Made by a program: the position numbers and the translations under genes
Shown here: positions 1 through 9,371 of the stretch, one piece after another
How the letters are laid out: each line of letters starts with the position of its first letter
Numbering within the stretch: the stretch's first letter is position 1
Source: a virus
Strand: one strand, 5' to 3'
IMG/VR virus record: IMGVR_UViG_3300032268_001296
Location: 1 to 64,000 of that record
Length of the DNA: 64,000 nucleotides
Notes under the pieces: model-generated
Told to the model about the DNA's origin: nothing
Databases searched by the model: none
The model's input: the letters and a program-made list of their open reading frames with translations, nothing else

Positions 1-51
1 GACGATGCAATACGAATTAGAAAAATTGCAGTGGATATATATGAAAAGTTA

Positions 52-471
52 TTAAATGAGTTTTAAACTATTCCTCAAATTATCTTCTTGGCGTTTAAGA
101 ATTAAATCTCCGACTCCATGAATGTCTTTGTTACCGTGACGATTCTCAACAACAAGAGAAATGAACATAGCTCCAGCTTCTTTGGCAGCTTTTTCATAAA
201 AAGCAAAGTCCCTTTCTCTAGTGTTGGTATTGGCAACAATGATACACTTGGCATCGGTGTTTGTCAACCAATACATGAACATTTCTTGACATTGAGCGTG
301 AGCAAATGAAAGCTTACTTGCATCAAAGTTGTAATTACCATCGGTATCGGTGAAGTAATCATCAGCACACACAACAACATAACCTTCATTCTCAGCAAGA
401 AGATCGGCAACAGTGCTTTTACCAGCGCCACTAACTGATCTCAAAAGGATGACAGTGGTTCGTTCTTTCAT
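52..471 (-). CDS. P-loop nucleotide/polynucleotide kinase (AAA_33-like)
   Basis: Walker A SVSGAGKST, CADDYF motif and IIVANTN strand typical of PNK-like kinases. Confidence 0.75.
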   Translation of the reverse strand: MKERTTVILLRSVSGAGKSTVADLLAENEGYVVVCADDYFTDTDGNYNFDASKLSFAHAQCQEMFMYWLTNTDAKCIIVANTNTRERDFAFYEKAAKEAGAMFISLVVENRHGNKDIHGVGDLILKRQEDNLRNSLKLI

Positions 472-482
472 ATTATTTGTTT

Positions 483-914
483 TTAAATTTCAATCATTTC
501 AGGCCAATACTCCATCACACCTTGTTTACCATTCCCCACAGTAATATGTAAACCTTTGTAAGTGTTGTTTTCAACAACTCCAATCTTTCTTTTGATTCTT
601 TCCAAATCTTTAGAAAACACCTTGATATAAAACATCACAAATCCCTTAGTCAAACCACCTCTAACCATGTTTGGATCATAGTCGAAACATACGATTTGTC
701 CATGATAAAGATCATGAGCTTTTTGATAATCGATGTTTTTATGCAGCTTAGAATTAGCTAGGGTAATATGAGCACGATGCTTTGAAGTGTGAAGTGCGAT
801 CCAGTATTTCTTTTTGATAAACCAGTTGTAGTAACGCACAAAGTCTTGCGATACATCTACAACAATACGCTTGTTGGTTACATCAACAAAAACTTTTCCT
901 TGTGCGCAGCACAT
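483..914 (-). CDS. 2H phosphoesterase superfamily protein
   Basis: Two HxT motifs (AHITL, LHITV) about 73 aa apart in a 143-aa protein. Confidence 0.65.
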   Translation of the reverse strand: MCCAQGKVFVDVTNKRIVVDVSQDFVRYYNWFIKKKYWIALHTSKHRAHITLANSKLHKNIDYQKAHDLYHGQIVCFDYDPNMVRGGLTKGFVMFYIKVFSKDLERIKRKIGVVENNTYKGLHITVGNGKQGVMEYWPEMIEI

Positions 915-917
915 AAT

Positions 918-1040
918 TTAATCAAAGAAAGACAAAATAAATTCAACAATCGCTACTCCAATCGAAAATGAAGCTATGCTGTAGCAAAACAAGGCAAACA
1001 TAAAAACCAAAACAAGAAAAGGTTCAAAATCTTTTTTCAT
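918..1040 (-). CDS. small membrane protein (40 aa)
   Basis: Translated by hand: MKKDFEPFLVLVFMFALFCYSIASFSIGVAIVEFILSFFD; fills the gap between co-oriented genes. Confidence 0.5.
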   Translation of the reverse strand: MKKDFEPFLVLVFMFALFCYSIASFSIGVAIVEFILSFFD

Positions 1041-1050
1041 ATGTTTATAA

Positions 1051-1278
1051 TTAATTACTCCAGTCTTCTTTTTTACCGTAACAACAAAAAGTTTTTTCTG
1101 CTTGTAGTTTTGCGTTTTGAACTTTTAGACGAAGATTGTCACTTTCTAGCTCTGTTAGTCTAACAGAAGCTTCTAAGATCGCGGCATTTGCAACTCCATC
1201 TGGACTTTCAATTTCTTCAGACAGAATCCTCATTGCTTCTGCTAAAACATGTGTTTCAGTTCTCATAAAAAGGATCAT
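1051..1278 (-). CDS. hypothetical protein with coiled-coil C-terminus
   Basis: ORF in minus-strand gene run; heptad-like segment. Confidence 0.55.
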   Translation of the reverse strand: MILFMRTETHVLAEAMRILSEEIESPDGVANAAILEASVRLTELESDNLRLKVQNAKLQAEKTFCCYGKKEDWSN

Positions 1279-1900
1279 TTTCTTTACGCCATTCGGAAAT
1301 GATTGCAGAGATGTTGTTTAGAATGCTGATCAAATCGCTTCTGTCGTAGATTGCAGGCTTATTTTGAATCAGATTATCAATGCTGTCAACCATTCTTTGA
1401 GTCTTTGTGGGAGCATTTTTGCGAAGAAGAATCATTTCCTTTTTCATTTTTTCGCGAGCCTTCTGCGCCTCTGCTTCCTTAACGTCGATCTCTTCCTCGC
1501 TGAGTTCTCGTGGCAGTTTGATTTCGATAGGAAGAATCATCTCCACCTTTCCGCTCTTTACAATTGCTTTATAAAGAAACAAACCCGCCTCATAATAATG
1601 AGGATAGTCATAATCATAATTTGGATGGCGGCGATAATCGTAAAACTCAAAGCTTCCTGTGTAGTATGAGCAAAGATCCCAGCTCAAGTCTGTCTCAATT
1701 TCGGAGAATCCAGTTGGGCTTTCGAGACACTCTTTCCATTCGCGAGATACTCGCTTCACAAAAAGAAACCCATCCTCAGAAATCTTGTATGTTGACATGC
1801 CTTGACTTGGAGTTTCCTTGCTTTGAAAGCTTCGCAGCTCATACCCTTCGGGATAATTCTGAAGAGGCATTTCACAAATTACATAATCAAACATTCCCAT
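1256..1900 (-). CDS. hypothetical phage protein (MGMFD N-terminus)
   Basis: 214-aa ORF; MGMFDY start is common among phage hypotheticals. Confidence 0.65.
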   Translation of the reverse strand: MGMFDYVICEMPLQNYPEGYELRSFQSKETPSQGMSTYKISEDGFLFVKRVSREWKECLESPTGFSEIETDLSWDLCSYYTGSFEFYDYRRHPNYDYDYPHYYEAGLFLYKAIVKSGKVEMILPIEIKLPRELSEEEIDVKEAEAQKAREKMKKEMILLRKNAPTKTQRMVDSIDNLIQNKPAIYDRSDLISILNNISAIISEWRKENDPFYEN

Positions 1901-1907
1901 ATTTTTT

Positions 1908-2060
1908 TTATTTTGATTGTGCTATAATAAGTCCAATATTAGATACGGCATAGCCGCCCCACACGCAAGCCCATGCGTAATTACCCTTCAATGCGTGGCT
2001 AATAGCAACCACAGAATAAAGAATAAAAACCAAAAATACAACTATATTCTCGAAGTTCAT
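1908..2060 (-). CDS. small two-helix membrane protein (50 aa)
   Basis: Translated by hand: MNFENIVVFLVFILYSVVAISHALKGNYAWACVWGGYAVSNIGLIIAQSK. Confidence 0.55.
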   Translation of the reverse strand: MNFENIVVFLVFILYSVVAISHALKGNYAWACVWGGYAVSNIGLIIAQSK

Positions 2061-2065
2061 AAAAT

Positions 2066-2098
2066 AAAAAATTGCAGCGCTTGATGCGCTGCAATTTT
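2066..2098. terminator. intrinsic terminator hairpin
   Basis: AAAATTGCAGCGC-TTGAT-GCGCTGCAATTTT inverted repeat with A/T tails, downstream of rIIB. Confidence 0.7.
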
Positions 2099-2105
2099 AA
2101 ATGAA

Positions 2106-3080
2106 TTAAAGGAAAACAACTGGATTCGCATTATTTTCCCAAATATAACCAAGCTGATTCAGCGCATCAAGAATGCGAGTGCGAGATGGATAATCTGGAG
2201 AAAAAGAATTTTGAATCTGCTTTACAGTCAAAGATGTGTATCCTTGAGCCGTCTTTTTAGAAATGTAAGATTCAATTCTGCTTACAAAAGAGTTATAATT
2301 AGAAACGTCTTCTGAAACAATATCTTCTCCATCTTCAGAAGTGGCAGCGCAAGAAATTTCATTAGAGAAATCAGAAATAACCTTGTAAGCTGACACTCGG
2401 CACTTTTGGCAATTGCAATCTTCAGGAACAGAAACTACATCCTTGGGATTTACCTTTACAACTACAACCTTACCTCTTCCAAAGCTGGAAGCATAATTAA
2501 GAGATCCAATGTGCAAACCAAATGAGCAATGATGATTTCGATTGTCGTCAACATCATGACGAACCACTTCAATCTCTTCGCCAACTCCGTTAAAGATGCG
2601 CCCATACTTGTCTACAGAGCCTTTAACAACCTTGGTTTTGACATTACCAGAAATACTCCAGTAATCATCTTCCAAACCTTTGTAAGCAAGGAAACATCCA
2701 TCTTCAGTAATTGGAAGCTCCTTGTATGCAAGAAAGTCATACAGTTCTCGAACTGAAGAACTAGAAGGATTCTCCTTCAGATTGTCCCAAAACTTTCCAA
2801 AAAGAGAAACAGGCAAGCCTTCTTTTAGAAGGTTCAAAACCTTTGAAGCAAGAACTTCTGGCAAAGCTTCTCCCTTGTAGAAAACCTCCAACCCTTTGAC
2901 TTCAAAGCCATCCTTATTAAGATTTGGATCGATGATTTCGAGTAGCGCATCTTCCTGCTCTGATTCTGGAAGCTCGAATACTCGCAGAATCCGCGCATAT
3001 TGAGCAGATGACTTTTCAATTTTGACAGGCTTATTCTTTACGAAAAAGACGATGCCAGCATTATTAATGATATACTTCAT
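2106..3080 (-). CDS. rIIB: rIIB-like protein
   Basis: LYDFL..LPITEDGCFLAYK, CSFGLH and VKVNPKDVVSVP motifs; directly downstream of rIIA-like gene. Confidence 0.85.
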   Translation of the reverse strand: MKYIINNAGIVFFVKNKPVKIEKSSAQYARILRVFELPESEQEDALLEIIDPNLNKDGFEVKGLEVFYKGEALPEVLASKVLNLLKEGLPVSLFGKFWDNLKENPSSSSVRELYDFLAYKELPITEDGCFLAYKGLEDDYWSISGNVKTKVVKGSVDKYGRIFNGVGEEIEVVRHDVDDNRNHHCSFGLHIGSLNYASSFGRGKVVVVKVNPKDVVSVPEDCNCQKCRVSAYKVISDFSNEISCAATSEDGEDIVSEDVSNYNSFVSRIESYISKKTAQGYTSLTVKQIQNSFSPDYPSRTRILDALNQLGYIWENNANPVVFL

Positions 3081-3083
3081 ATA

Positions 3084-4970
3084 TTACTTTAGTTTTAGGA
3101 TGTTTCTGAGTTCTTCGCGAGAGAAATTGGACAAATAACGATAAGAGTTTGCATTTTCAATCGCCTGAATGATTTTACCACGAGTTGAATCTTCGTTCAA
3201 GATCTTTTTCCAAAAATCTGAAAGCTTGATTGCGTGCTTTGAATTTTTTGAAACATTAAGTGTGGTTCTTTCATTTAATTTGACCCAATGTTTTTTTGCA
3301 TTTTTAATGTTAAATTGATGCTCTTGTAGCTCAGATTCTTTTTTGCGAATCTTAGAATAAATTTCATTATATTCTTTCGAATTGAAAACAAGCCACCCCA
3401 AATCTACCAAAGACTTAAGAAGCTGCTTGGAAGATGCATAATAGCTACAGTAAGAACTCTTGCCAGCACAAGACGAATCTCCAATTGTAATCTGCATCAA
3501 CTGAGGAACATTTTCAATAGACTTGATAAATTCAAGATTAGCTTTTTTAGCTTCTTCTTCAGTATCGTAAGAAGTTTTGTTTGCGTAGTTGTGTAGAGAA
3601 AGAGCAGAGTGATTGCCAATCTTTGAGTATTGACTCCAAACAGAAAAGATATTTGTTTTTCCATTTTTGTCAAATTTAATTTTCCTTACGCTTTTGGCGT
3701 GAAAGAACTCACTAATCAAAGATTGATTTTTGTAGAAAAATACTTCGTCAATGCAGTAATAATTTACATTCTTTTCGGAGCTATAATTTCTGATCTTTGA
3801 ACCCCAATAGTCTGAAGCGTTATTATTTGGCATGAGAATCAAAACAGGCTTTGATTCCTCAAAAACAACAGGTTGATTTGAGGATTTGTTTGATTGCCAA
3901 ACTTTCGAAGCAATTTTCCAATCATCGCCGTATAGATTTGAAGCGTTAGTTGAAAAGATGTCTCCAACATACTCAGCTCCATAATTGAAGGAATTAAAAT
4001 CTTTAATAAGTTCAACCAGATTCTTGTCTTTAAATCTGTTTAAATCTTCTTCTGCCAAAGAATAAATCAAAGATGTGATTTCTTTAATGATTTTTTCGTT
4101 TGAAACGGTGCTTTCAAAAGACTCACGACTGATTGGAATACTCATCATTCCAATCGGAATATCAATAACCAAAACATGATTCTTTTTTACATAATTTGCC
4201 GTGTTAAACTTTTGATATGATACTCCTCCCATTTGAAGAATCACTTCTTTCAAATTAATTGAGCTTTTCTCAAAAAGCCGAAAATTGTAATGAGAAATCT
4301 TTTTTTGCCAAACAATTTTATTTGGGCGCAGAGTTTCATGATCAGAATGAAAAGCAATTTTTGCATTAGAAAAATCAATAAAATTGCAGATTTCTTGATA
4401 AAAAGCATTGTAATCTGACTTTTGAACAGTCAAAGAAATTTCAATGCCAGATTCATCAGTTGGCTGCTCATCAATTTTATAAATGTGGCCAATTGGAACG
4501 CCTGTATCTCCGCCTCCAAGCATGCAAGTGTAAGTAGACTTGACTCCTTTGAAGTGAGACGCGACGAAAAACGCATCAGTATAGCAGTGTCCAGCTTTAG
4601 ATCCTACTCCGAAACCTCCAATTGAATTGTTTGAAGTTGACTTTGTGCTTCGAAAATACATTCCAAACACATTGCGAACATCAGATTCGCTCAAGCCTTT
4701 GCCAAAATCACGAACAGAAAACGTGAATTCGCAGGCTTTATTTTCTTGCTTTAGAAGCTTGATTTCTACCTCAGAAGCAACCTTGTGCTTTTGGTGCTCA
4801 TCAATTGCATTGCAAGCATACTCACGAACTACAGCTTTGATTTTGTTGCTATAGATCTTGTCACGCAAAAACATTTGAGCAATTGCCGTGCCATTTTGAT
4901 CCATTCCCATAATAGAACCCTCCATTTGATCAGAAACAATCAGCGGAGAGGAAATTGCAATCGTCTTCAT
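3084..4970 (-). CDS. rIIA: rIIA-like protein with N-terminal GHKL ATPase
   Basis: IYSNKIKAVVREYACNAID, VRDFGKG, STK..GGFGVGSK motifs; start placed at ATG 4970, just after a sigma70 promoter. Confidence 0.85.
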   Translation of the reverse strand: MKTIAISSPLIVSDQMEGSIMGMDQNGTAIAQMFLRDKIYSNKIKAVVREYACNAIDEHQKHKVASEVEIKLLKQENKACEFTFSVRDFGKGLSESDVRNVFGMYFRSTKSTSNNSIGGFGVGSKAGHCYTDAFFVASHFKGVKSTYTCMLGGGDTGVPIGHIYKIDEQPTDESGIEISLTVQKSDYNAFYQEICNFIDFSNAKIAFHSDHETLRPNKIVWQKKISHYNFRLFEKSSINLKEVILQMGGVSYQKFNTANYVKKNHVLVIDIPIGMMSIPISRESFESTVSNEKIIKEITSLIYSLAEEDLNRFKDKNLVELIKDFNSFNYGAEYVGDIFSTNASNLYGDDWKIASKVWQSNKSSNQPVVFEESKPVLILMPNNNASDYWGSKIRNYSSEKNVNYYCIDEVFFYKNQSLISEFFHAKSVRKIKFDKNGKTNIFSVWSQYSKIGNHSALSLHNYANKTSYDTEEEAKKANLEFIKSIENVPQLMQITIGDSSCAGKSSYCSYYASSKQLLKSLVDLGWLVFNSKEYNEIYSKIRKKESELQEHQFNIKNAKKHWVKLNERTTLNVSKNSKHAIKLSDFWKKILNEDSTRGKIIQAIENANSYRYLSNFSREELRNILKLK

Positions 4971-4977
4971 ACACCCT

Positions 4978-5005
4978 AGTCTATCCAGATTCACTGCGGT
5001 GTCAA
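4978..5005 (-). promoter_or_regulatory. sigma70-type promoter for rIIA (probably leaderless)
   Basis: TTGACA-16nt-TAGACT, then 7 nt to ATG. Confidence 0.65.
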
Positions 5006-5042
5006 AGAATTTTCCAGAAATTTCGATCTTTGATTTATTTAC

Positions 5043-5080
5043 AAAAAAAAACTGGGTCGTGATAAAGTACCACGACCCAG
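5043..5080 (-). terminator. intrinsic terminator ending the lysis transcript
   Basis: CTGGGTCGTG...CACGACCCAG hairpin followed by a U-tract on the minus strand. Confidence 0.75.
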
Positions 5081-5108
5081 AGTAATTAATAAATTTAAAT
5101 ATTCAGTA

Positions 5109-5291
5109 TTATTTCTGCTTAGCCTTGCCAATATTAATTGCTAAGAAATCAATAATCTTGTAAACGCTGCTTAGAAAAGATCCTTCTTTTGGAGTTGGAG
5201 TGGCAGCGGCGATGGCTGAAGCCAATGCAACAATTGCAGTGACAACGTTAAACCAAGGATTTGATAGTAGTGTTTGAATAATGGTATCCAT
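5109..5291 (-). CDS. small holin-like membrane protein
   Basis: Hydrophobic helix, TPTP motif, basic C-terminus; near the endolysin. Confidence 0.5.
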   Translation of the reverse strand: MDTIIQTLLSNPWFNVVTAIVALASAIAAATPTPKEGSFLSSVYKIIDFLAINIGKAKQK

Positions 5292-5306
5292 ATAATTATT
5301 TACACA

Positions 5307-5432
5307 TTAAATTGAGTTTTGTTCTTTTTTATCTCTAAGTTTTAAATCTTGAAATTTTTTAAGCTGATCTTTTGAGAGTTTTTTCCCTGATTTCTTTTTA
5401 AAAATGCTTAAAAAGAGAGCGAGAAGTTTCAT
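5307..5432 (-). CDS. small basic protein (41 aa) in lysis cassette
   Basis: Translated by hand: MKLLALFLSIFKKKSGKKLSKDQLKKFQ...; ATGA overlap with the upstream gene. Confidence 0.45.
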   Translation of the reverse strand: MKLLALFLSIFKKKSGKKLSKDQLKKFQDLKLRDKKEQNSI

Positions 5433-5746
5433 TTTTTTATAAATTGTGAAGGGTTTGTTTGAAATTTTTTACCAAGTTTAACAACTCCATTGATGATTTC
5501 TGGACTAATTACGCCAATAATTCCATAACTAACAGCTTTATAAAGAGATGGAACGTCTGTTTGCTCTAAAATAAACCAAGCGATTCCAGATGCAATGGCA
5601 GCACTAATGATTTTTTTTAAATATTCTACAAAAGTTATTTTTACCGAGCTAGAAAGAAGTCGAGCAAGCATTGCTAATGCACCAATCAAAGGAATGATCC
5701 ATCCTCCCTCTACAAACTCTTTAAAAAGAGACTTTTCTGTTTCCAT
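5429..5746 (-). CDS. putative holin (three transmembrane helices)
   Basis: Three hydrophobic segments and a charged C-terminus, next to the endolysin. Confidence 0.55.
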   Translation of the reverse strand: METEKSLFKEFVEGGWIIPLIGALAMLARLLSSSVKITFVEYLKKIISAAIASGIAWFILEQTDVPSLYKAVSYGIIGVISPEIINGVVKLGKKFQTNPSQFIKK

Positions 5747-5759
5747 GATAGATTTTACA

Positions 5760-6401
5760 CTATACAGTCACACGAATGACGCTTCTAATTTGAGAAAGTT
5801 TTCTTTTTTTTGCTAATACAGCTCCACCTTCTCTGCTGCCAGCTCCATCTGTATTTCCTTCTACGGTAGACACAAATCCATTGCTGTCTGGACCGCTTGT
5901 AGCGATGCCAATGTGAGAAAACGTAAAGATCACTATGTCTCCAGCTTGGATGTCCGCATAATGAGGTTTCTTTAAAATAACTGAAGAATTTTGTTTTTTG
6001 GCCCAATTTTCAAAATCATATGCTCCTGCTGTTTGAGGACGCTCGAAAGTATATTTGCCGTCTTTCATTGATTCTCTAAACAACCAGCAAATAAAAGCAG
6101 CGCACCATGGCCAAGACTTTGTGGAATCTAACCATGTTGCAGATTTATACTCATTAACTCTTGGGCCACAATTAGTTCCATCTACTTCTTCAACACCAAT
6201 TTCTCTTTTGGCCAACGCAACCATTTTTTGTGACAAATTGCCTTTTAATGCTTCGATTGGTTCTTTTGGCTTGTTTAAAGCTTTTGGAATTAATTTATTA
6301 ACAATAGCTTTCCATGTATTGGGGCCATCAATACCATCTGCTTCAATTCCCAAAAACGATTGAACTGCTGTTACTAAGTCTTTTTTTTCTGTAAAGTTCA
6401 T
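5760..6401 (-). CDS. endolysin: peptidoglycan-binding domain plus CHAP amidase/peptidase
   Basis: VQ..LGIEADGIDGPNT binding motif; PWCAAF, SHIGI and VEGNT CHAP motifs. Confidence 0.85.
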   Translation of the reverse strand: MNFTEKKDLVTAVQSFLGIEADGIDGPNTWKAIVNKLIPKALNKPKEPIEALKGNLSQKMVALAKREIGVEEVDGTNCGPRVNEYKSATWLDSTKSWPWCAAFICWLFRESMKDGKYTFERPQTAGAYDFENWAKKQNSSVILKKPHYADIQAGDIVIFTFSHIGIATSGPDSNGFVSTVEGNTDGAGSREGGAVLAKKRKLSQIRSVIRVTV

Positions 6402-6423
6402 ATTTAATATTACACTAAATATG

Positions 6424-6738
6424 TTATTCTAAAGGGAAGGGTTTATTGAAATATTCATTTGGAACATCAATCCTAGTATCTAAATCTCCCAAAACATCAA
6501 TCATTTGTTGAAACTCTGGAAAGTCTTGAGGTGTTTGGATTGGATTTCCTATAAGTGGACAATTTATAACTGTGTCATCAAATGGCACGAAATATTGTCC
6601 AGAGTATACACCGCTTTCAATAGGCATTCCCTCGATTAGCCAAAAAACTGGCCAATTACGTGACAATTGTAAGTTACGGGTAATTTCCGTAATATTTTCT
6701 GCTACGTTTTTGTTTGTTAAGTATCCAATCATATTCAA
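6424..6738 (-). CDS. hypothetical protein
   Basis: ORF coupled by overlap to the upstream gene. Confidence 0.55.
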   Translation of the reverse strand: MNMIGYLTNKNVAENITEITRNLQLSRNWPVFWLIEGMPIESGVYSGQYFVPFDDTVINCPLIGNPIQTPQDFPEFQQMIDVLGDLDTRIDVPNEYFNKPFPLE

Positions 6739-7727
6739 GTAAATTCAAGCGAGGTGCATGAGCGCCAAAGAGTTCTCAAATTCGCAGCATACTCAGTATC
6801 TTCAGATTGAGTTAATTCTTCGCCTATACTAAAAGCTCCCATTGGGAGATTATGAGATAAAAGAAATGTGATATCTGAATTTGTTGGAAAATCATTTTGA
6901 ATTATATTCAAATTTCCAAACCTTTGCAACAAAGACCCCTGAGAGCCAAAGGCAGAAGTGTAACGACTTGTTGCATTGCCTCCAAGTGTTAATATTCTAG
7001 TGTTTTCTGGAGGTGGCCCAAATTCTTGGAAATAAAAATTAAAATCATTTTGAAATCTCCAATAAAAACTGCTTTGATCATCATTAAAAAGCAATTGAAA
7101 ACTATCTACTTCAAAAGGAAGTGAATAACCTACGTCTAATCCTTGAGGAGCTAAAAGTGCAATGTGATAACTTGTTTTATCAATACTTATTGCCGATAAA
7201 GTTGTGTTGGTATTAAAATAACTTAAAGCTCCGTCTGGAACAGTTGCGCCTCTTTGATTATGATTAAAAGGACCAACAAAAGTTCCATTTGTAAGAGACT
7301 TCATGCAAATAGCATTGGCTGCTGCATTTTGCCAAATTGGAAAATAAAGACGTTTGATTTTAGTCCATGTGTTTGCCGCTTTTTGCGCAACAATAAATGA
7401 ATTTATAGCGTCAGTTTGTGTTTCTGATACAGTTACTCCAGCAGTAGCGAGAGCTTGGATGTATGCAGATGTATCTGCATCAATTGGTGTTGATATCGAA
7501 GTGCCAATAAATCCGAACCCTGCATTAAAAGGAGAAATATATAAAGAAGAAGATTGATTTAATCTATCTATTTTTCTATTAAATTCGCGTATGAGATGAT
7601 TATCGAAATCTACTTTTGAAGTAGATGTATCATACATTGATTTAATACTGCTTCTGTATTCAGTCCAAGTATTTGATCCTGTAGAATAATCAGAGTGTAT
7701 TTGAGATTGTAATAGTCTTGGTCCCAC
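6735..7727 (-). CDS. probable virion-associated protein
   Basis: DADTSAYI..AG..Q..AIN.F...K...W motif seen in phage fibre-associated proteins; start moved to GTG 7727 because the longer ORF runs into a tRNA and GTGTAA lies 8 nt upstream of this GTG. Confidence 0.55.
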   Translation of the reverse strand: MGPRLLQSQIHSDYSTGSNTWTEYRSSIKSMYDTSTSKVDFDNHLIREFNRKIDRLNQSSSLYISPFNAGFGFIGTSISTPIDADTSAYIQALATAGVTVSETQTDAINSFIVAQKAANTWTKIKRLYFPIWQNAAANAICMKSLTNGTFVGPFNHNQRGATVPDGALSYFNTNTTLSAISIDKTSYHIALLAPQGLDVGYSLPFEVDSFQLLFNDDQSSFYWRFQNDFNFYFQEFGPPPENTRILTLGGNATSRYTSAFGSQGSLLQRFGNLNIIQNDFPTNSDITFLLSHNLPMGAFSIGEELTQSEDTEYAANLRTLWRSCTSLEFT

Positions 7728-7768
7728 AACATCTTTTACACAAAAACATAAATAAAAAACAAAAAAAG

Positions 7769-7855
7769 AGGAAAGTAAGGGATTCGAACCCTTGGAGGCT
7801 ATTAAACCCCAACACTTTAGCAAAGTGTCTCAATAAACCGCTCTGACAACCTTCC
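7769..7855 (-). tRNA. tRNA-Ser(GCT)
   Basis: Cloverleaf; ACACT-TTGCTAA-AGTGT anticodon arm, long variable arm, GGTTCGAATCC T-arm. Confidence 0.9.
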
Positions 7856-7863
7856 GAACAAAG

Positions 7864-8241
7864 TGGATCTGATGGGAATTGAACCCATTTCCTCAACTAA
7901 TTATCATTAACCTTCAAACATGCTTATATTGATTCATTAAAGAGAATCACTCTTAGGGACGCTCGGTTCTTGGTAGTTCCTTGCATCCTCCACCATTCAA
8001 TCAGACAGGACTGAAACTGTTTTTTGCTCGATTTGATACTCAGAGTAGAGCGAGCGTACCTCTGAGCGTTAACGCTTAGGCAGCGAAAGCTACAGTTTTT
8101 GAGCTGTAGTTTGGCTTGCGGAAGCTGACAATTTTATTGTTGCCGTTTACTTTTTTTTGATCGGATTTTTAAGGAGCCATCTGATCAACTCCTGCATGCT
8201 AATTAATGAGTCACTAATCAAGTCGAAACCAGAACAGACCC
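7864..8241 (-). ncRNA. ssrA: tmRNA; predicted tag (A)GNNKIVSFRKPNYSSKTVAFAA
   Basis: 5' GGGTCTGTTCTGGTTTCGAC; acceptor stem with G3:U70; GCATG pairing; pseudoknot 1 followed by GTAAAC and a resume codon; tag ORF ends AFAA-stop; 3' T-arm. Confidence 0.92.
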
Positions 8242-8245
8242 TTTT

Positions 8246-8440
8246 TTAATCTTTCAAAATCAACATTTCATCTTCTCCAAGCTCAACTACACCATCAGCA
8301 GAAGCCTTTGCTTCCTTAAAGGAATTGTAGCAAATCGCTACAGCTTGCTTATTGTTTTCATATTCGCTTGAAATTTCAGAAACGCAGCGACTTACATAGT
8401 CACTTCTCTTTTCTTTATTTTTAACTTTAGGAATAGGCAT
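8246..8440 (-). CDS. small conserved phage protein (MPIP...SRC...QAVAICY)
   Basis: Motif recurrent in phage head-associated genes; GTGTAA-N8-ATG upstream. Confidence 0.6.
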   Translation of the reverse strand: MPIPKVKNKEKRSDYVSRCVSEISSEYENNKQAVAICYNSFKEAKASADGVVELGEDEMLILKD

Positions 8441-8469
8441 ATAAAATATTACACTTTTTTATAAAAAAA

Positions 8470-9123
8470 TCAATAAGAAAAACCCTTTTTATAAAAGGCA
8501 CCTTTTTTATCTACACATTCATGAAAAAGCTTCATAAGATCCATATCAATTTTAGAAAAGCAAGACATCGGTTGCAATTTTTCAGGCATTTTTTCTAAAA
8601 TCAAAGGATGGTAAATCGAAGTCGAATTAATCCATTTATTTGTTAGAAAGATGTACTGATAATAATAAAGATAAAGATTTGCTTGTTTTGCATAGAGAGC
8701 ATTGTCAAATAGCTCCCACTTCTTAGAAAGTGCCAAAGCCCTTTTTTCACAATCCCTTTCTAGGGCAATTACTTCTAGAATTTTATCATAGCTTTTAATT
8801 GAGAATCCTTTTGATAAATCATTCCAAAAATCAAAATCATCATTCCAAAGAATGGAATTTTCTACGCATTGAGTCATATGAGAAAACTCATGAACATAAA
8901 CTTGTTCAAACAAAGGATTTTTAAAAGCTACGACAATCTCATTTCCGTCGCACCATCCAGAGCATCTTTGAGATGGAGCCATGCTTACAAAGCGACCATT
9001 CAAAAGCTTTACTTTTTTCTTATGCTCGCACAGATAATCAAGAGACCAGTCAAAAAACTTTTTAAAATTCTTGGACCTGCCCTTTAGAGCTTTGCTAATT
9101 TTGCTTTCGTGCGACGATTTCAT
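8470..9123 (-). CDS. zincin-like metallopeptidase
   Basis: VHEFSH (HExxH) plus downstream ERDCE. Confidence 0.6.
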   Translation of the reverse strand: MKSSHESKISKALKGRSKNFKKFFDWSLDYLCEHKKKVKLLNGRFVSMAPSQRCSGWCDGNEIVVAFKNPLFEQVYVHEFSHMTQCVENSILWNDDFDFWNDLSKGFSIKSYDKILEVIALERDCEKRALALSKKWELFDNALYAKQANLYLYYYQYIFLTNKWINSTSIYHPLILEKMPEKLQPMSCFSKIDMDLMKLFHECVDKKGAFYKKGFSY

Positions 9124-9127
9124 ATTA

Positions 9128-9370
9128 TTATTTTTTTAAAAGCTTCAAAACCCCGCAAATAAAATAGTCTTTTTCATCAGCTTCTCTTACTATACGAGTA
9201 TCACTCCAAGAGTGAGATCCACCCATCAACACGGTTTCAACTACATTTTCATCAAAAATGTCATAATTGAATTTCCATTGAAAAAAATCATACAAATAAC
9301 TCAGGCAAATTTGTTTTTGCTGAGCATTTGAGATTTCGACATCCATGTTTACTGCCGCATTGATTTTCAT
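9128..9370 (-). CDS. hypothetical protein
   Basis: ORF in minus-strand run. Confidence 0.55.
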   Translation of the reverse strand: MKINAAVNMDVEISNAQQKQICLSYLYDFFQWKFNYDIFDENVVETVLMGGSHSWSDTRIVREADEKDYFICGVLKLLKK

Positions 9371-9371
9371 A

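Noticed and set aside
7728-7896. N-terminal extension of ORF 6735-7823 and ORF 7690-7896
   Set aside because: Both overlap tRNA-Ser or tmRNA; a better start is GTG 7727
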